The notes beneath the pieces were generated by a model. That model did not search any database, was not told the DNA's origin, and saw nothing but the letters and a program-made list of their open reading frames with translations. 64,000 nt of DNA from Candidatus Heimdallarchaeota archaeon (GTDB lineage: Archaea; Asgardarchaeota; Heimdallarchaeia; JABLTI01). This document shows, one piece after another, positions 19,547 through 28,237 of the stretch; within the stretch, counting starts at the first letter, position 1, and the number at the start of each line of letters is the position of its first letter. Where the stretch lies: NCBI GenBank assembly GCA_019056785.1, contig DXJV01000001.1, positions 1 to 64,000 of the forward strand. The letters are read 5' to 3'. The position numbers were made by a program, and so were the translations under genes.

Positions 19547-20371
19547 TTAGCCGCTTTGTGCCATTGCAATCCATTCTTTCTCAAGTGCTTTTTCAATTAT
19601 TTTTGCGATTTGCTCAAAAATTAGTGAGAGTTTGGATGATAGTCTTTCTTTCTGTTCCTCTGCATTGTTTGTCAATGCTCGCCCAGCTATGAAATAGCTT
19701 GTTGAACTGATACGTTTTATCATCCACGCTTCAAAATCTGTCATGATGTCGTCATTCAAGTCTAAAATGTTGTAATTCGAGGTTTTCCCTTCAGCCATCC
19801 AGCTCATCTCAAGAGGGATTTTCGATATGATATCCAGGAATTGTTTCATAATACTGGGGTTGATAGGTCGGCGCCAAACTTGAATGATGCCATGATTTAT
19901 ACTCGAGAGAAACATTAAATCAAAATTCAGTCCGGAAGAAGCGATGATTTCTTCAATTTCGTTATTGATTGTTTTTAGGATGTTCACCGGGAAATATTCT
20001 GTTTCAATGAGGTTGGTGATTTCTTTTGTAATTGTCTTTCGCACCTGTTCTAATGCGAGGTTCATTGTTAAAAGTTCGTCATGATAGATGTCAATAATTT
20101 CTTTTAGTGCCAAGCGAGCAAATGGCTCATTATCAAATAGATCTTGAAAGACGGCATAAGTTAGGTGGTCGCGAGTGATTAAAGAAAACCGATTGTCACC
20201 GAGGTCTGCTCCTTTGAACTCAATAGACTCCTCTCCTAAACATTTAGCAAAAGCGCTTAAAGCTGAAATGAAGCCTGTGAGTAGGTCGGTTTCTAAAGGA
20301 ACAAGCCCATCATCATAGAGCACTTGCCCTACGGTTGTTCTTTGGTCGATGACAATTATTTTATGAATCAT
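19547..20371 (-). CDS. Longin-like domain protein with a second (roadblock/longin-like) domain
   Basis: N-terminal IIVID..G....DLLTGFISALSAFA is typical of Asgard longin domains. Confidence 0.6.
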   Translation of the reverse strand: MIHKIIVIDQRTTVGQVLYDDGLVPLETDLLTGFISALSAFAKCLGEESIEFKGADLGDNRFSLITRDHLTYAVFQDLFDNEPFARLALKEIIDIYHDELLTMNLALEQVRKTITKEITNLIETEYFPVNILKTINNEIEEIIASSGLNFDLMFLSSINHGIIQVWRRPINPSIMKQFLDIISKIPLEMSWMAEGKTSNYNILDLNDDIMTDFEAWMIKRISSTSYFIAGRALTNNAEEQKERLSSKLSLIFEQIAKIIEKALEKEWIAMAQSG

Positions 20372-20581
20372 ATAAGAGCCTTCTTTAATTTAGTTGCTTT
20401 TAAGTTCATAATTTTACATTTACATATTGCCATTTACCTAGAGGAAATATGGCATTTTAACAATTAATATTATAATTGTCCCTGTAATTTGTTGTATTCT
20501 AAGCTTACTCTTGTCGCACTATTAAATATGAGTTTCGAATGCGGTAAAATTCGTTTTAATTTTTGGTTGAAAATTTTTCTA

Positions 20582-23500
20582 TTAAGGAGGATCGACTTGA
20601 ATATTTTTCTCCTTTTCTTTTATTTTTTTCATCTTTTTACGATAGCGGATTTCTAAATAGAGAATTAAAGAGCTTAGAAGGATAATTGGGAGACTTGTGT
20701 TAAGAATAATGCGTTTAACCTTTTGTGTCAAAGGATTGTCCTGTTTCTTCAGAGGGTCAGTTCCGGCATTTATTTCTTCTCTGTCTGTGAATCCGTCTCC
20801 ATCGGTGTCAGGTAATAGAGGGTTCGTTCCAAATCGCAACACTTCATCAGCATCACTAATTGTATCAGAATCTGTGTCAATATTCAATGGATCGGTGTAC
20901 CAATCTTTGACTTCTGCACCATCCGACAGGCCATCGCCATCAGTATCATTTACAAGTGGGTTGGTTTTACTGCTAAATTCCTCAAGATTAGTTAGTCGAT
21001 CATTATCGAGGTCAAGATAGCTATCGTTGGTTAAGGGGTCAAGTGAGTAGAATACTTCCCAGGCATCCGGTGTGCCATCGCCTTCTGTGTCGTTATTTGT
21101 TGGGTCAGTAAAATAGATGAAAATTTCGTCAAAATCATCCAATCCATCTGAATCCGTGTCATCTGTTGTGGGGTCAGTATGCCAGATGGTTGCTTCCTCC
21201 CCATCAAACAACCCATCATTATCTGTATCGATTTTCAATGGGTCTGAAAAATACTGAGAAACTTCTACCCCATCTGAAAGATTATCCCAATCCGTGTCGC
21301 TCAAGGCGGGATTTGTAAAATAGGTGTAAATTTCCACGCCATCTAATAACGTGTCGTTATCGCTATCTGGCACATTTGGATTGGTGCCGAAGTATTCCTC
21401 ATCGAAATCCCCAAGATTATCATTGTCTGTATCAATTTGTCTCGAGATAAAATGAAATTGCGTTTTTGGTCCTCGTCGTTCCTGGACCCCTATAATAACA
21501 TTGTTTCTAATGGTATCATAGAGTCCAAGAGGTTCACTTCCAAATGCCGGATTATTAAACAATATTTCCCTTTTTGCCCACCCTGTGATGGTCTTTATTC
21601 GAACAGCCACCAAATCCACGCCTTCTTGTGTAAATTCATCAGTCGGGAGATTCGTTAAATGCTGTACGTAGATCAGTGAGCCATTCGCCAGGTTGAAAAA
21701 CGCGTGGTAATTTGTTCCTTCTTTTTCAAAAACAGCGCCAATTTTCTTCCAATTGCTGCCAGGTTTTTTTGTGAAAAGGATTGAATCTGACACGAGGTAG
21801 GGACCACTATAGTATTTTTTGAGAAAAATAATCTCGAGGGTATCTTGTGAATCAATTAGTTGTAATGGCCGGACCAATAAACTATTTGTTGCTACTTCTA
21901 GGGTTTGCTCTTCTAACCAATCTTTTGCATATGGTTTTGAGTTATATTTAATATAGCTGGCAGGAATATTGCGGTCAAAAAGTGTATAAGATAAATGGAG
22001 GGTCCCGAGAGAATCAACAATAAGATTAGGGGTAATGGCTGAAATTTGTTGCGAATTTTCCAATAAAGTCATTGATGTGAAATTTTGTTCTCCCTCGAGT
22101 TTGTAACTATAGTAGAGTTTATTTTGATAGATGCTTATTTGTTCTCCCCAAACAATATGAAGAGTATCATTAGCATCAATAATTGCATCATAATTATTTT
22201 TTTCAGCATAATTCTCAGGTTCCTTAATCAATAGAGGCTTACTCCAATTCTCTTGATGGAAATTTTTTGTCATAAGGAATAACCCATCGAACGGACCCAT
22301 GATATCATCAGCAATAAAAAGACAGTAGAGGGTATTTTTCGAATCGATTAATAATTTTGGATTTTCAGCTTCAATAATCCCTCCGGCAGTAATACTTCCA
22401 ATAAATTCCCAAGAATCATTTTGATATCTTCGTTGATAATAGATTTTTGAGTTAAACCACCCCGCATGTTCCCAAACAAAATGTATAACCCCCTCTTGAT
22501 CAACAACGATTGACCCTTTGTTATTTTCAACAGTAGTAAATAGCACCTTTTCTGCAGAAGAAAGGTCTCCTGATTTATTGAAACCCATTGCTACTAAAAC
22601 GTCAAGATCAAAAAAGAAAATGTCGCCCAAGTATCCTGTTTCTTGGGAGTAACTTGGAATAAAAAGCGAGTTGGTTGCTTTCCCGGTTGTTGTTATCGCT
22701 TCACTGATTTGCCAAGTCTGCGTGTCACCAAATCGCTTTTTATAAAATATATTCATTTGAGCACTAACATCTTCTTCATAAAAAACATAAAGATCATTGG
22801 TAAGCTCATCTTCCACAATGCCAGCAATAAAGGCGTTATAATTTGGATTATTCAAGATTCGTTGTGGAGTATTGATAGAACCGTTAGCAAAAACTTCGAG
22901 ATAAACAAGTTCTTTGGAAACATCATCGGCAGTCCAAAGAATATGAAAACCTTTTGTAAGATTACTTTTGAAAACATGAAGCTCATCAATGGGAACATCA
23001 TAAGTATCCAACAAAGAAATGTTTTCCCAGCTAATTCCATCATTTAAAGATGCTGCCATGTAAAGTTCATTTCCTTCAAATGAACCGTCCCATGTAACTA
23101 TAATGGCTCCCAAGACCCCAGAAAGAAAAGTCTTTAAGTGAATTTTAAGTGGCGAGTATTCTTTAAAGAGTTGTAGTGGAGTTGATATTGAACCATCCGG
23201 AAGAAATATTCGGACTAGTTGTACTGCACTTACTACCTCATTGTTCTCTGTCTCTTTTTTCGTGCTCACCCAGGCTATGTCAAGAACGTTTTTTTCGGCT
23301 AATTCCATCGTTAGACTCGAGTAATGTTGTTTTAAACTGCGGCTAATAGTTGTTATATTGGACCAATGATTACTCTCAATGTTTTTGAATAAAAATACGA
23401 CTTCGTTCTGAATTTCTCTTCTTGCTATAAATGCTAAATAGAGGGTATTGTTTGCTAATACGAGCTGAAGGTTTTCTATAGTCGAATCCATCACTTTGAA

Positions 23501-23884
23501 CTGTTGTGGTAGGGCCCAATGAGCAGTGGTGTTTGTGTCGCTCTTCATGTAATTGAGACTGTAACCATATAATGAGAGATGTTTAATGAAAATGCAATGA
23601 TACACGCCGGTAGAATCGTGGCGAATAATATATTCTCCATGCTCCAATGCCGGAAACGTCACCTGTTGAGGTTGGCTCCAAACGGAGTTTTCTGAGAAGG
23701 CTTTTGTATCGTTCATTGTTATTTGGTGAGTTTTTCCTTCAAGCTCCGGCTGTGAGTTTGATTTCAAGTGAAAATTATTAATTGGACCGTTATACCAAAA
23801 GCTATTAACAATAAGTAAAGATAGGAGTATCGTTAAAAGAAGTTTGGAATACTTCATGTTATGGTTGGATGCTTTTGGGTTCAT
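20582..23884 (-). CDS. Large surface protein: propeller-like repeats, TSP3-like Ca-binding repeats, C-terminal TM
   Basis: Repeated I.VD..G.(I/L)H.VW..IYY; many DTDxDGLxDGxE..GTNP repeats; signal peptide; TM plus basic tail. Confidence 0.85.
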   Translation of the reverse strand: MNPKASNHNMKYSKLLLTILLSLLIVNSFWYNGPINNFHLKSNSQPELEGKTHQITMNDTKAFSENSVWSQPQQVTFPALEHGEYIIRHDSTGVYHCIFIKHLSLYGYSLNYMKSDTNTTAHWALPQQFKVMDSTIENLQLVLANNTLYLAFIARREIQNEVVFLFKNIESNHWSNITTISRSLKQHYSSLTMELAEKNVLDIAWVSTKKETENNEVVSAVQLVRIFLPDGSISTPLQLFKEYSPLKIHLKTFLSGVLGAIIVTWDGSFEGNELYMAASLNDGISWENISLLDTYDVPIDELHVFKSNLTKGFHILWTADDVSKELVYLEVFANGSINTPQRILNNPNYNAFIAGIVEDELTNDLYVFYEEDVSAQMNIFYKKRFGDTQTWQISEAITTTGKATNSLFIPSYSQETGYLGDIFFFDLDVLVAMGFNKSGDLSSAEKVLFTTVENNKGSIVVDQEGVIHFVWEHAGWFNSKIYYQRRYQNDSWEFIGSITAGGIIEAENPKLLIDSKNTLYCLFIADDIMGPFDGLFLMTKNFHQENWSKPLLIKEPENYAEKNNYDAIIDANDTLHIVWGEQISIYQNKLYYSYKLEGEQNFTSMTLLENSQQISAITPNLIVDSLGTLHLSYTLFDRNIPASYIKYNSKPYAKDWLEEQTLEVATNSLLVRPLQLIDSQDTLEIIFLKKYYSGPYLVSDSILFTKKPGSNWKKIGAVFEKEGTNYHAFFNLANGSLIYVQHLTNLPTDEFTQEGVDLVAVRIKTITGWAKREILFNNPAFGSEPLGLYDTIRNNVIIGVQERRGPKTQFHFISRQIDTDNDNLGDFDEEYFGTNPNVPDSDNDTLLDGVEIYTYFTNPALSDTDWDNLSDGVEVSQYFSDPLKIDTDNDGLFDGEEATIWHTDPTTDDTDSDGLDDFDEIFIYFTDPTNNDTEGDGTPDAWEVFYSLDPLTNDSYLDLDNDRLTNLEEFSSKTNPLVNDTDGDGLSDGAEVKDWYTDPLNIDTDSDTISDADEVLRFGTNPLLPDTDGDGFTDREEINAGTDPLKKQDNPLTQKVKRIILNTSLPIILLSSLILYLEIRYRKKMKKIKEKEKNIQVDPP
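20740..21435 (-). repeat. Tandem bacterial-type thrombospondin type 3 (DTDxDGLxDxxE) repeats, about 10 copies
   Basis: Seen directly in the translation. Confidence 0.85.
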
Positions 23885-23981
23885 TTTCCTAACTAATTAT
23901 TCATTCTTTTTTTGCTATTACAATTTAATGGTAAATCTTATTCCTTTTCAGAATTATTTTTGAAAAATTCCTCGTACGCCT

Positions 23982-25070
23982 TTAATCAAACGATTCATCG
24001 ATAATTTTTATGCGATTCATCCTTCCCCAGCGTTCACGCTGTATGACCCCCTTCTCTTCTAACTGAGAAAGGTAGTAAGAGACTTTTGCCTTTGAAAACC
24101 CACTTATAGAACCAATTTTACTTTGTGTTGTAACGCCGTTTTCTCGTTTAATTATTTCCAAAATTTCTCTCTCGGGCTCTGAAAGTAATGTTTCAACTAT
24201 TTCTTTTTTCTCGAATTCTGCCTTTGACTTTAAATAGAAATACGTTGAAAGGCTCCCTACAATACCACCTAGAAGAAATGTTACAATTAAAAATGCCCAA
24301 AATTTCATATTGAAAGTATTGATATTGTCGGTTGATGGATATTCTTGGAAACGAACGATCCATGTTTGGGTGTCATCCATTTTGATATTATTGTAATTCC
24401 ACTCGAGTCGCCTGCCATCGCTGGATTGGAAATTTGGTGCAGGCTCGATATTTGTTTTATTATATAGCTTAAATGGTGTTGGTAGTGTTAATGTTAGGGA
24501 AAATTGTTCCACATCTTCGTCGTGAGTAATCGACCATTCAAAAATGTATAATTTATTTAATTCTGCCTGAAAAACAATGGAATTTTCTAAAATGTATGAA
24601 ACTGTGAAGGAATAGAAACCAAATGGTTCCAGGGGTTCCCGTAAAGAAATATTGATTAAATGATAATTTGTGAAAATTTCCCATTGATAATACAAATTGC
24701 CTTTCGAGTCATAAACAGTAATAGAAGACAATCGATTATTTGTCAAAATAGTGACAATATCGAGGCGATGTATAATGTAACTGACATTTGCATATCCGGT
24801 ATTCTGATACGTAAATTGGGTGCTAAATTCTGCATCATTGCCGTTCTCATCAACATTCACAGATAGCTTGTAAAGCAATCTTGAAAGATTCTTATTGAGG
24901 TCTCTAATTGTAAATAGTCTGGCTTGTTTTATTGCTACTCCTTGACTGATCGGTCTCTCTTGAGGGAGAGACAACTCGTTTTTTTCTCCTACAATATTGA
25001 TAATGATTATTGCATTAAAAATAAAGCCGAGAATTAAAATGTGAGTTAAGAATCTTATTCTTTTATTCAT
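23982..25070 (-). CDS. Membrane-anchored transcriptional regulator (extracellular domain, TM, C-terminal winged HTH)
   Basis: LSEPEREIL..I....G..TQSKI....GFSKAKVS..LS.LEEKG.I.RE..GR.N.I. Confidence 0.85.
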   Translation of the reverse strand: MNKRIRFLTHILILGFIFNAIIIINIVGEKNELSLPQERPISQGVAIKQARLFTIRDLNKNLSRLLYKLSVNVDENGNDAEFSTQFTYQNTGYANVSYIIHRLDIVTILTNNRLSSITVYDSKGNLYYQWEIFTNYHLINISLREPLEPFGFYSFTVSYILENSIVFQAELNKLYIFEWSITHDEDVEQFSLTLTLPTPFKLYNKTNIEPAPNFQSSDGRRLEWNYNNIKMDDTQTWIVRFQEYPSTDNINTFNMKFWAFLIVTFLLGGIVGSLSTYFYLKSKAEFEKKEIVETLLSEPEREILEIIKRENGVTTQSKIGSISGFSKAKVSYYLSQLEEKGVIQRERWGRMNRIKIIDESFD

Positions 25071-26031
25071 TGCGCACCCCTCTTTTCCTTCTTTGGTTTA
25101 ACCATTTTTTAGAATAGAGCATTGTTGCTAAGGAAATTATAATGGCTATCATAGTAAACCCATTTGTAGATGCTGTTTGTTGGGGAATAATTGTACAAAC
25201 AAATGTTAGGATGATTTTTCTGATGTCACCTCGAGAAGGGATTGATACCCAAAAGTCTGCTGGTGCATGCTCTTTTGTAGCAATGTTGTAATTGACAAAA
25301 AACATTGAAAAGTACGATTCTTCTTTTTGTTTGTCTGTGAGAATCGTCAAAAACTGGTTAAAACGTAGCTCGAAGATGTACTGCGCTCCCAGAATCTGGA
25401 CAACATATTGATCATTCTCAATGTCTACAAAAGGTCCAAGGCGTTCATAATAATTCGGCTCTTCTAAGAAGGTTACAATTCTAAATGCTAAACCATTTGT
25501 GCCAGCAGAAAAGGTCCAATTTGTTAATGTTAATTCCAAGAAAGTGGATTCCAAAGGAGTAATCTTGTATCCATTGATGGATTTATTTGTATCTAACGAC
25601 ACAATAGAAAATGTGAGAGAAGCATTGTGGTCAAGTGCACCTCGAGACATGTTCACATATGCTCGTGTCGGTTCTGAAACACCAAAAGCTTCCCATAAAA
25701 GATAATTGAGGTTGTAAGCTTTTCCTGTCAAGTGTTCCATCGAACTTAGATAGGTGGAAGGCGAAAAGTATTCTGAGAGATAGCTAAACTTGAGCTTCAA
25801 CTCACCAAAATTCGTTTTCTCGAATGAAATTTCCGGCCCTTTGTTTTTAGGAATTATTATATTATAATTTTCGCCTGAGTAGATTCTAAAGAGATCCTCT
25901 TCCTCCACTAAATTCACTTGTCCAAAAACAGGAGTAAATAATTGAAAAAAAGGCGAGAGAAATAGCAGTAAAATGCTTAACCCCAATAACATGTTCTTTT
26001 TAGGTAATATCATTTTTCTCCTCAAACTCAT
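25063..26031 (-). CDS. Secreted protein with C-terminal TM anchor
   Basis: Signal peptide, beta-rich body, TM plus RRKR; overlaps the downstream gene by 8 nt. Confidence 0.75.
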   Translation of the reverse strand: MSLRRKMILPKKNMLLGLSILLLFLSPFFQLFTPVFGQVNLVEEEDLFRIYSGENYNIIIPKNKGPEISFEKTNFGELKLKFSYLSEYFSPSTYLSSMEHLTGKAYNLNYLLWEAFGVSEPTRAYVNMSRGALDHNASLTFSIVSLDTNKSINGYKITPLESTFLELTLTNWTFSAGTNGLAFRIVTFLEEPNYYERLGPFVDIENDQYVVQILGAQYIFELRFNQFLTILTDKQKEESYFSMFFVNYNIATKEHAPADFWVSIPSRGDIRKIILTFVCTIIPQQTASTNGFTMIAIIISLATMLYSKKWLNQRRKRGVRNE

Positions 26032-26093
26032 GAATATAGCTTGTTTTTTCTATATTTCAAATGCTTTCCTACCTTAAAAAGCTATTTGCTATT

Positions 26094-26300
26094 GTTCAGA
26101 TATTTTTGAACAGTTCATGAACAAAAAGTTTTTCAAACTTAAGGGACTCTTTTTGAAAGGTTGTGGGATTTTCAAGTGATTTTTTAAAAAAAGGATTAAA
26201 GAATTTCCTAGGAATACAGTGTATAAATTAGGTTGGGAAAAACGTTAAAAAATGGTTCAGCATAGTTCACAAAAGTTTAGAAAAGTACTGAACAGTTCAT
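26094..26300. promoter_or_regulatory. Cluster of GTTCA/TGAAC half-sites including two TGAACAGTTCAT copies
   Basis: Palindrome TGAAC-A-GTTCA at 26107-26117 and 26289-26299; further half-sites at 26094, 26118, 26255 and 26265. Confidence 0.55.
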
Positions 26301-26344
26301 AGATTGTCATAAAGGAGTATTTAATTATTTTCAAAACAATAATG

Positions 26345-26464
26345 TAACTATCTTTGGCACTCTTGCAATTGCTTTAGTAGCTGATAAGAAAGCAAAATGC
26401 GAAGGAAGGCCGAAAATCCCTCTTGATTAATGCCTGGTCGGGGAGCAATTCCCCGCCATCATTT
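26345..26464 (-). other. GC-rich structured element 3' of the 26465-27124 gene (possible ncRNA or UTR element)
   Basis: Minus-strand stems TGGCGGGGA/TCCCCGACCA and TTGCTTT/AAAGCAA. Confidence 0.3.
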
Positions 26465-27124
26465 TTATTCTTCTTGTAATTTCTCTACGGGCGAAAGGGG
26501 TTCTTCTTCTGTTTCCTCCGTTGCAGCTTCTTCTATAGGTGGTTCTTCTAAACCAAGTTCGATCCTGCTTTTGCGTAGTTCTGCTATCAAAGCTTCATCA
26601 CTTTCCCGGGGAATAGAACTATCTCCAATCCTTCGATAGATCCCTCTTATTCTTGCCAAAGTATATGTTAAGGCAATTTCCAACAGATAGAAAACAATAG
26701 GTATAGCGATCACGGTATAAACATTAAATTCAAATGGTTGGGGAATACCCAACGTTACCTCGACAATAATATAGACAACTAAAGAACTGATTATTGCACT
26801 GGCACCAACAATGGCACTTACACCAACAGCTTCTTTCTTATTCTCAACAAGATAGGATATTGCTAAACCTGTAAAAGGGGCAAAAATAAAGATGCCAAAG
26901 TCAAATAAACCTTGTTCATATCTATTTAGAAATCCATAGGTAAAAGCGAGTATCCCAGCAATTTGTAAAACGCTGAAAACAATCGTTAAAATTATGAATC
27001 GTTTTTTATTTGGAACAAATTCCAAGTCTGCCCATTTTGGGAGCATGGACTTTTCTTTCTCAGCTTCTGGAACTTCGGGCTCCAAAGTTACATTGGAGGT
27101 GTCGTTAGTAGTTTCATCCGGCAT
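26465..27124 (-). CDS. 4-TM membrane protein with acidic termini
   Basis: Four hydrophobic segments; 219 aa. Confidence 0.75.
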   Translation of the reverse strand: MPDETTNDTSNVTLEPEVPEAEKEKSMLPKWADLEFVPNKKRFIILTIVFSVLQIAGILAFTYGFLNRYEQGLFDFGIFIFAPFTGLAISYLVENKKEAVGVSAIVGASAIISSLVVYIIVEVTLGIPQPFEFNVYTVIAIPIVFYLLEIALTYTLARIRGIYRRIGDSSIPRESDEALIAELRKSRIELGLEEPPIEEAATEETEEEPLSPVEKLQEE

Positions 27125-27256
27125 AGAAAAACACCGACTTCAATAATTACTTTGATGCTTTAAACAAAAAATTTCCCCTATTATACTTTTAGATAAATCT
27201 TTATTGCTCTCCTCAAAATACTACTTGCTAATTAATGAAAAAAAAGGTTACTGCCA

Positions 27257-27928
27257 ATGGAAAAATTACTTCTACAATTAGTAAAAAAATGGGGCGTAGA
27301 TTGCATTATTTTCGACTTAGATGGCACTTTAGTTGACACGCTCGAATTTCACATCAAAGCTTTTCAACAATTGTTCGCTGAAAAAGGATTAAAAATTTCG
27401 TATGATAAAATAGCTGAAAACATGGGTCGAACACCAAAAGATACCCTTCTAACTTTACTCTCTAATTTGGTTGATGCTCCGAAAAAACTTGAAATGCTCA
27501 CACAGGAAAAAGAGCAAAAACTCAGCAAACTTTTAACTACTGTTTATAAAATGCCTGGGGCTGAAGAGATCCTCAAGCTCTTAAAAGCAAACCATAAAAC
27601 ACTTTGTTTGGCTTCCTCAACACCAAGCTATAATGTTAAAAAAATCCTCGAAGCAACTACCCTGGAAGTTTATTTTGATGCCATTGTGACCGAGGAAGAT
27701 ATCTCAGTTGGAAAACCAAATCCTGAAGTTTTTCTTGTTGCAGCAAAAAAGGGCCGTTGTTCAATAGACAGCTGTTTAGTAATAGGCGACTCGACACATG
27801 ATATTAAAGCAGCAAAAAATGCGGGCATGAAAGTTATTGCTGTAGCAAGCGGAAAACATTCGAAAGTAGAGCTGGAGCAAGAACAACCTGACTTTCTCGT
27901 ACAAACATTAAAAACCCTTATAACATAA
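27257..27928 (+). CDS. HAD-superfamily phosphatase (beta-PGM/Gph-like)
   Basis: FDLDGTLVDT, LASS, GKPNPE, IGDS..D..AA..AGM. Confidence 0.92.
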   Translation: MEKLLLQLVKKWGVDCIIFDLDGTLVDTLEFHIKAFQQLFAEKGLKISYDKIAENMGRTPKDTLLTLLSNLVDAPKKLEMLTQEKEQKLSKLLTTVYKMPGAEEILKLLKANHKTLCLASSTPSYNVKKILEATTLEVYFDAIVTEEDISVGKPNPEVFLVAAKKGRCSIDSCLVIGDSTHDIKAAKNAGMKVIAVASGKHSKVELEQEQPDFLVQTLKTLIT

Positions 27929-28020
27929 TCACTCGAGATAAACTGGTGGAATTAGTAATAGTGAAAAATCTTTTAAGTAAACGAAAAATTAGAATAATAA
28001 AAACTATGATGGTGTATTAA

Positions 28021-28182
28021 ATGGCAGGTACTCCGACTATTGGATGGGCGATATTTGGAACGTTTTTATGTGGACTAGTTCTGACAATTCCGGTTATTAT
28101 CGTTTATTACATTGTAAGAATGGTTCAAAATCAAATTAAGAAAAGAAAAGAACGAATCGAAAAAGAATCAACCATTATTTAA
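28021..28182 (+). CDS. 53-aa single-TM microprotein (not in ORF track)
   Basis: MAGTPTIGWAIFGTFLCGLVLTIPVIIVYYIVRMVQNQIKKRKERIEKESTII; GGTG upstream; T-run downstream. Confidence 0.7.
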   Translation: MAGTPTIGWAIFGTFLCGLVLTIPVIIVYYIVRMVQNQIKKRKERIEKESTII

Positions 28183-28237
28183 ACACCCTATTTTTTCTTT
28201 GATTCTTACTTTTCACTTTAGAGAAGCATAATTGAGA

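Noticed and set aside
20740-21435. CRISPR-like or DGR-like repeats
   Set aside because: The repeats are degenerate protein-level TSP3 units inside an ORF.
26345-26464. SAM-I riboswitch, SECIS or tRNA remnant
   Set aside because: It lacks the GCAACC core and kink-turn, has no 3' GA of a SECIS quartet or upstream in-frame UGA, forms no cloverleaf, and has no metabolically matching downstream gene.
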